This document shows, one piece after another, positions 62,501 through 64,000 of a DNA stretch of 64,000 nucleotides. Source of the stretch: Pocillopora damicornis (lineage: Eukaryota); assembly GCF_003704095.1 (NCBI RefSeq), contig NW_020847110.1, positions 1-64,000 of the forward strand. Reading direction: 5' to 3'. The notes under the pieces are model-generated. The model did no database searches. It was not told the origin of the DNA and was given only the letters and a program-made list of their open reading frames with translations. The position numbers and the translations under genes were made by a program. The stretch's first letter is position 1, and the number at the start of each line of letters is the position of its first letter.

Positions 62501-63494
62501 CAAGCACCAGCATCATCTTCAGGGTTAAGAGTAGTGTTTGATGTGAATGGCTCAAACTGATCAGGGGCATGGCTTGACTTTAGGTTTGCCATTAACAAGT
62601 CATTCTCAACCTTCCAGTCAGCCGCTAGTCCTTGAAGGACAAGCTTTAAGAACACAGGATTACTGCTGTCTTTAGCAACTGAAAACAAGTAAAGAAAAGC
62701 AATCATATTTTGTCGCGACATGGATTACATTACTTTACACTTTTGGTTGTGGTGTTTTTTGTTTGATTTGAAATAGTTCTGTTGTATTTACTGTTGCATT
62801 TCAGGAAACCCTTAAACTCCCAAGATCTAATAGTTAATTCTCCCCTCTAGTTGGTCCACATTTAGTCCCAAAAACTTCAATGGTGTCAAGTCAAGATAAC
62901 AACTTCTACCTGATAAGTTTGTAATTTCTCATCACCTGTTAGCTGTATAATATATGGCTAATATAAGAAGAATTCACCCACTAATACATGTTAATCACTT
63001 TTGGGAGTCAGAGGGTTACTGAATCATTAACTAGGCCATTTCTAATTTGCAACTGACTCACCTCCAAAATGAGGCAAATTGCAAAACTTTTCTCCTTAAA
63101 ATGAGTGTTACTTGAGCAACCTTTACAGTCATGATCCATTTTAAGAGGTTTATAATCTTACCGAGATATTTAAAGGCAACACTTGTTGCCTGCCTCACAG
63201 TGGAAGCTGGATGCATCAGGTAAAGATTTAGTGTTGAGAAATATAGAGGCCATTTGGGCAACAGATAACCTGGAGGGATATGCTGCGGATGAGAAGAATT
63301 GAAAATGTTAACTTCAACCTGATACCACATGGCAATAAAGTAGTTTAAGGAAAGCATGGCAGAGGTGAGTTGAATTTTATCCTTTAACACCCAACACTTA
63401 CCTTGATCAAGAAGATACAAACTCCTAATAAGCCTTCAGCTTCGTGGGCATTGAGGAACCTAAAGTGCTGTCTTAACACTGCATGGTGGGGTAA
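42813..63494 (-). CDS. Multi-exon gene (5' end beyond the window) for an uncharacterised HEAT/ARM-like alpha-helical protein
   Basis: Phase-consistent GT-AG exons read by hand: 63402-63494, 63162-63318, 62406-62678, 61848-61955, 61343-61529, 60289-60336, 59810-59921, (58273-58439 and neighbours, frame ambiguous), 57053-57116, 56778-56843, 56160-56345, 55469-55546, 54965-55075, 53926-54001, 48925-48997, 48606-48648, 47782-47856, 47420-47499, 46855-46908, 46144-46219, 45699-45818, 44993-45137, 44157-44299, 43627-43705, 43358-43421, possible last exon 42813-42834. HEAT-like motifs: LMHPASTVRQATSVAF, SWEWREGRLLAY, LADTRWELRRMGQQVL. Confidence 0.85.
42961..43167. mobile_element. GC-rich MITE-like element with TIR TAGCCTGTGAGCAGGCCT / AGGCCTGTTCGCAGGCGA
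   Basis: Imperfect ~25-bp terminal inverted repeats around a GC-rich core containing a poly-C run. Confidence 0.65.
44715..44858 (+). repeat. Dispersed repeat shared with 48659-48797
   Basis: AACAAAATGGCTGC...CTGTTTGATCTGC...CACTGTACACGCCA...GGATACTCACCTCGCC occurs at both sites. Confidence 0.8.
46387..46825. mobile_element. MITE family A copy
   Basis: Same terminal and internal motifs as 33988-34337 (TGGAGGTGTTT, AAAGTTCAAATGC, GGGGCATTT). Confidence 0.75.
47944..48191. mobile_element. Palindromic element with ~70-bp inverted arms enclosing a tRNA-like (pseudo-tRNA) sequence
   Basis: Arms 47944-48013 and ~48121-48191 are near reverse complements. The internal 48044-48113 (GGCTTGTCAGCTCAGTTGGTAGAGCACTGCACCGG...GGGTTAATCCC) has a tRNA D-arm and a damaged T-loop. 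Confidence 0.8.
49110..49323. mobile_element. MITE family B copy
   Basis: Termini TTAACCCTTTAACTCCC...TATAAAGGGCTAA. Confidence 0.75.
50778..51767 (-). CDS. Intronless rhodopsin-class (class A) GPCR, melanocortin/adenosine-receptor-like orphan type common in corals
   Basis: 329-aa ORF with 7 hydrophobic segments: LN (TM1), SLAVSD, SVDRF, W in TM4, CYLP, NSSLNPVIY. No Lys296, so it is not an opsin. Confidence 0.92.
   Translation of the reverse strand: MKISSCEAVLQYVPALSEFADLRLTFVVNLVLNVFLCHAAVALNLLTIHAIRKTWSLPKTLKILLLSLAVSDVGVGLVVHPFYISLLVKWLHYSKPSCFTYKIFFMIMSLFALASFFGVVLLSVDRFMAIQFHLRYREIVTHRRVAAVVITVWVFSASLSLTPAWFPSESSLIIFFVGTICLMFTTLVYCKIFVVLRRHKNQIRGLQLQQAAPNSEMRNLTSLSKSAVNLFYVYVVFMVCYLPRGGSLIGTAILERSTMIKGFLLCSWTLVFLNSSLNPVIYCLKMRHFRHAVRDILRNMRFRRNRSQSERRTFSDFRGEDVTRFPTGL
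60480..60870. mobile_element. MITE family A copy
   Basis: Starts TAATGCGCCGATCAATTTGAAGCTTCAACATCCCC and shares internal segments with 46387-46825. Confidence 0.7.
61085..61294. mobile_element. MITE family B-related copy
   Basis: TTAACCTTGTCACTCCCACGATCT...TAATTCTCC...GGTAGTCAAAAGGTTTAA. Confidence 0.65.
62807..63018. mobile_element. MITE family B-related copy
   Basis: AACCCTTAAACTCCCAAGATCTAATAGTTAATTCTCC...TTGGGAGTCAGAGGGTTA. Confidence 0.65.
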
Positions 63495-64000
63495 CTGGAT
63501 TAAAACAAAATAATTCCACTCCTTGGTAAAACCAAACAATTACTTTAAATACTCTTGATGAAACTTGTCAATACCAGCATCCAGCAACACAAGTATAAGA
63601 CAAGCAAGGGAGGCAAGTTTATAGGGAGGTTTCTATAAAAATATACCCAAAGGTCACATCCCCAATAAAACCGCAATGGCTGTAACATTGTTGATCAAGG
63701 GAGAGGTCATGACTTTTTGAGTAAACATACATTCCACACCCCAAATAAGAGGAAGAAAGACAACATAAAAATCTGCTGAAAGCAAAAGTAACCAAGAGAG
63801 CATTTGCTCAATTTTCCTAAAGAAGACTTTGTTGAGTTATTGTTGAGGTGATACAAGCAAGTTAAACATTTGTACTAGTGGATCACTTGACAATGTGATA
63901 ATTTGCTTTGGGGAGTTAGTTGTATCAGGGTATGTAATGGTACAGCACATGTTAGTTGGTTCTCTAGGTTTCCAAAACATTTTAATTCACTGTGTCACTA

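Overview
Eukaryotic, AT-rich, intron-containing DNA. The gene families and interspersed repeats look like an anthozoan cnidarian, probably a scleractinian coral (inference). The first ~3.8 kb is fragmented by N gaps. The core is a tandem cluster of four same-strand opsin genes (5324-7632, 11501-13368, 27000-29199, 39756-41720), each with two coding exons split by the same phase-2 intron after TM5. All four keep the retinal-binding Lys296 but have no acidic residue at the usual counterion sites 94/113/181. They carry Glu292 (plus Glu287/Glu289) and have lost the E/DRY motif, which fits anthozoan-specific ASO-II-type opsins; two also have Cys188. On the opposite strand inside the cluster is a 280-aa single-coding-exon gene. 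It encodes a signal-peptide-bearing, Cys-rich, probably GPI-anchored protein whose motifs match the bacterial HopBF1-type minimal kinase fold, and it is the most novel candidate here. The right third holds the 3' part of a >20-exon minus-strand gene for an uncharacterised HEAT/ARM-like protein, with an intronless class A GPCR nested on the same strand in one intron. A tRNA-derived SINE with a target-site duplication, several MITE families and small tandem repeats are also present.
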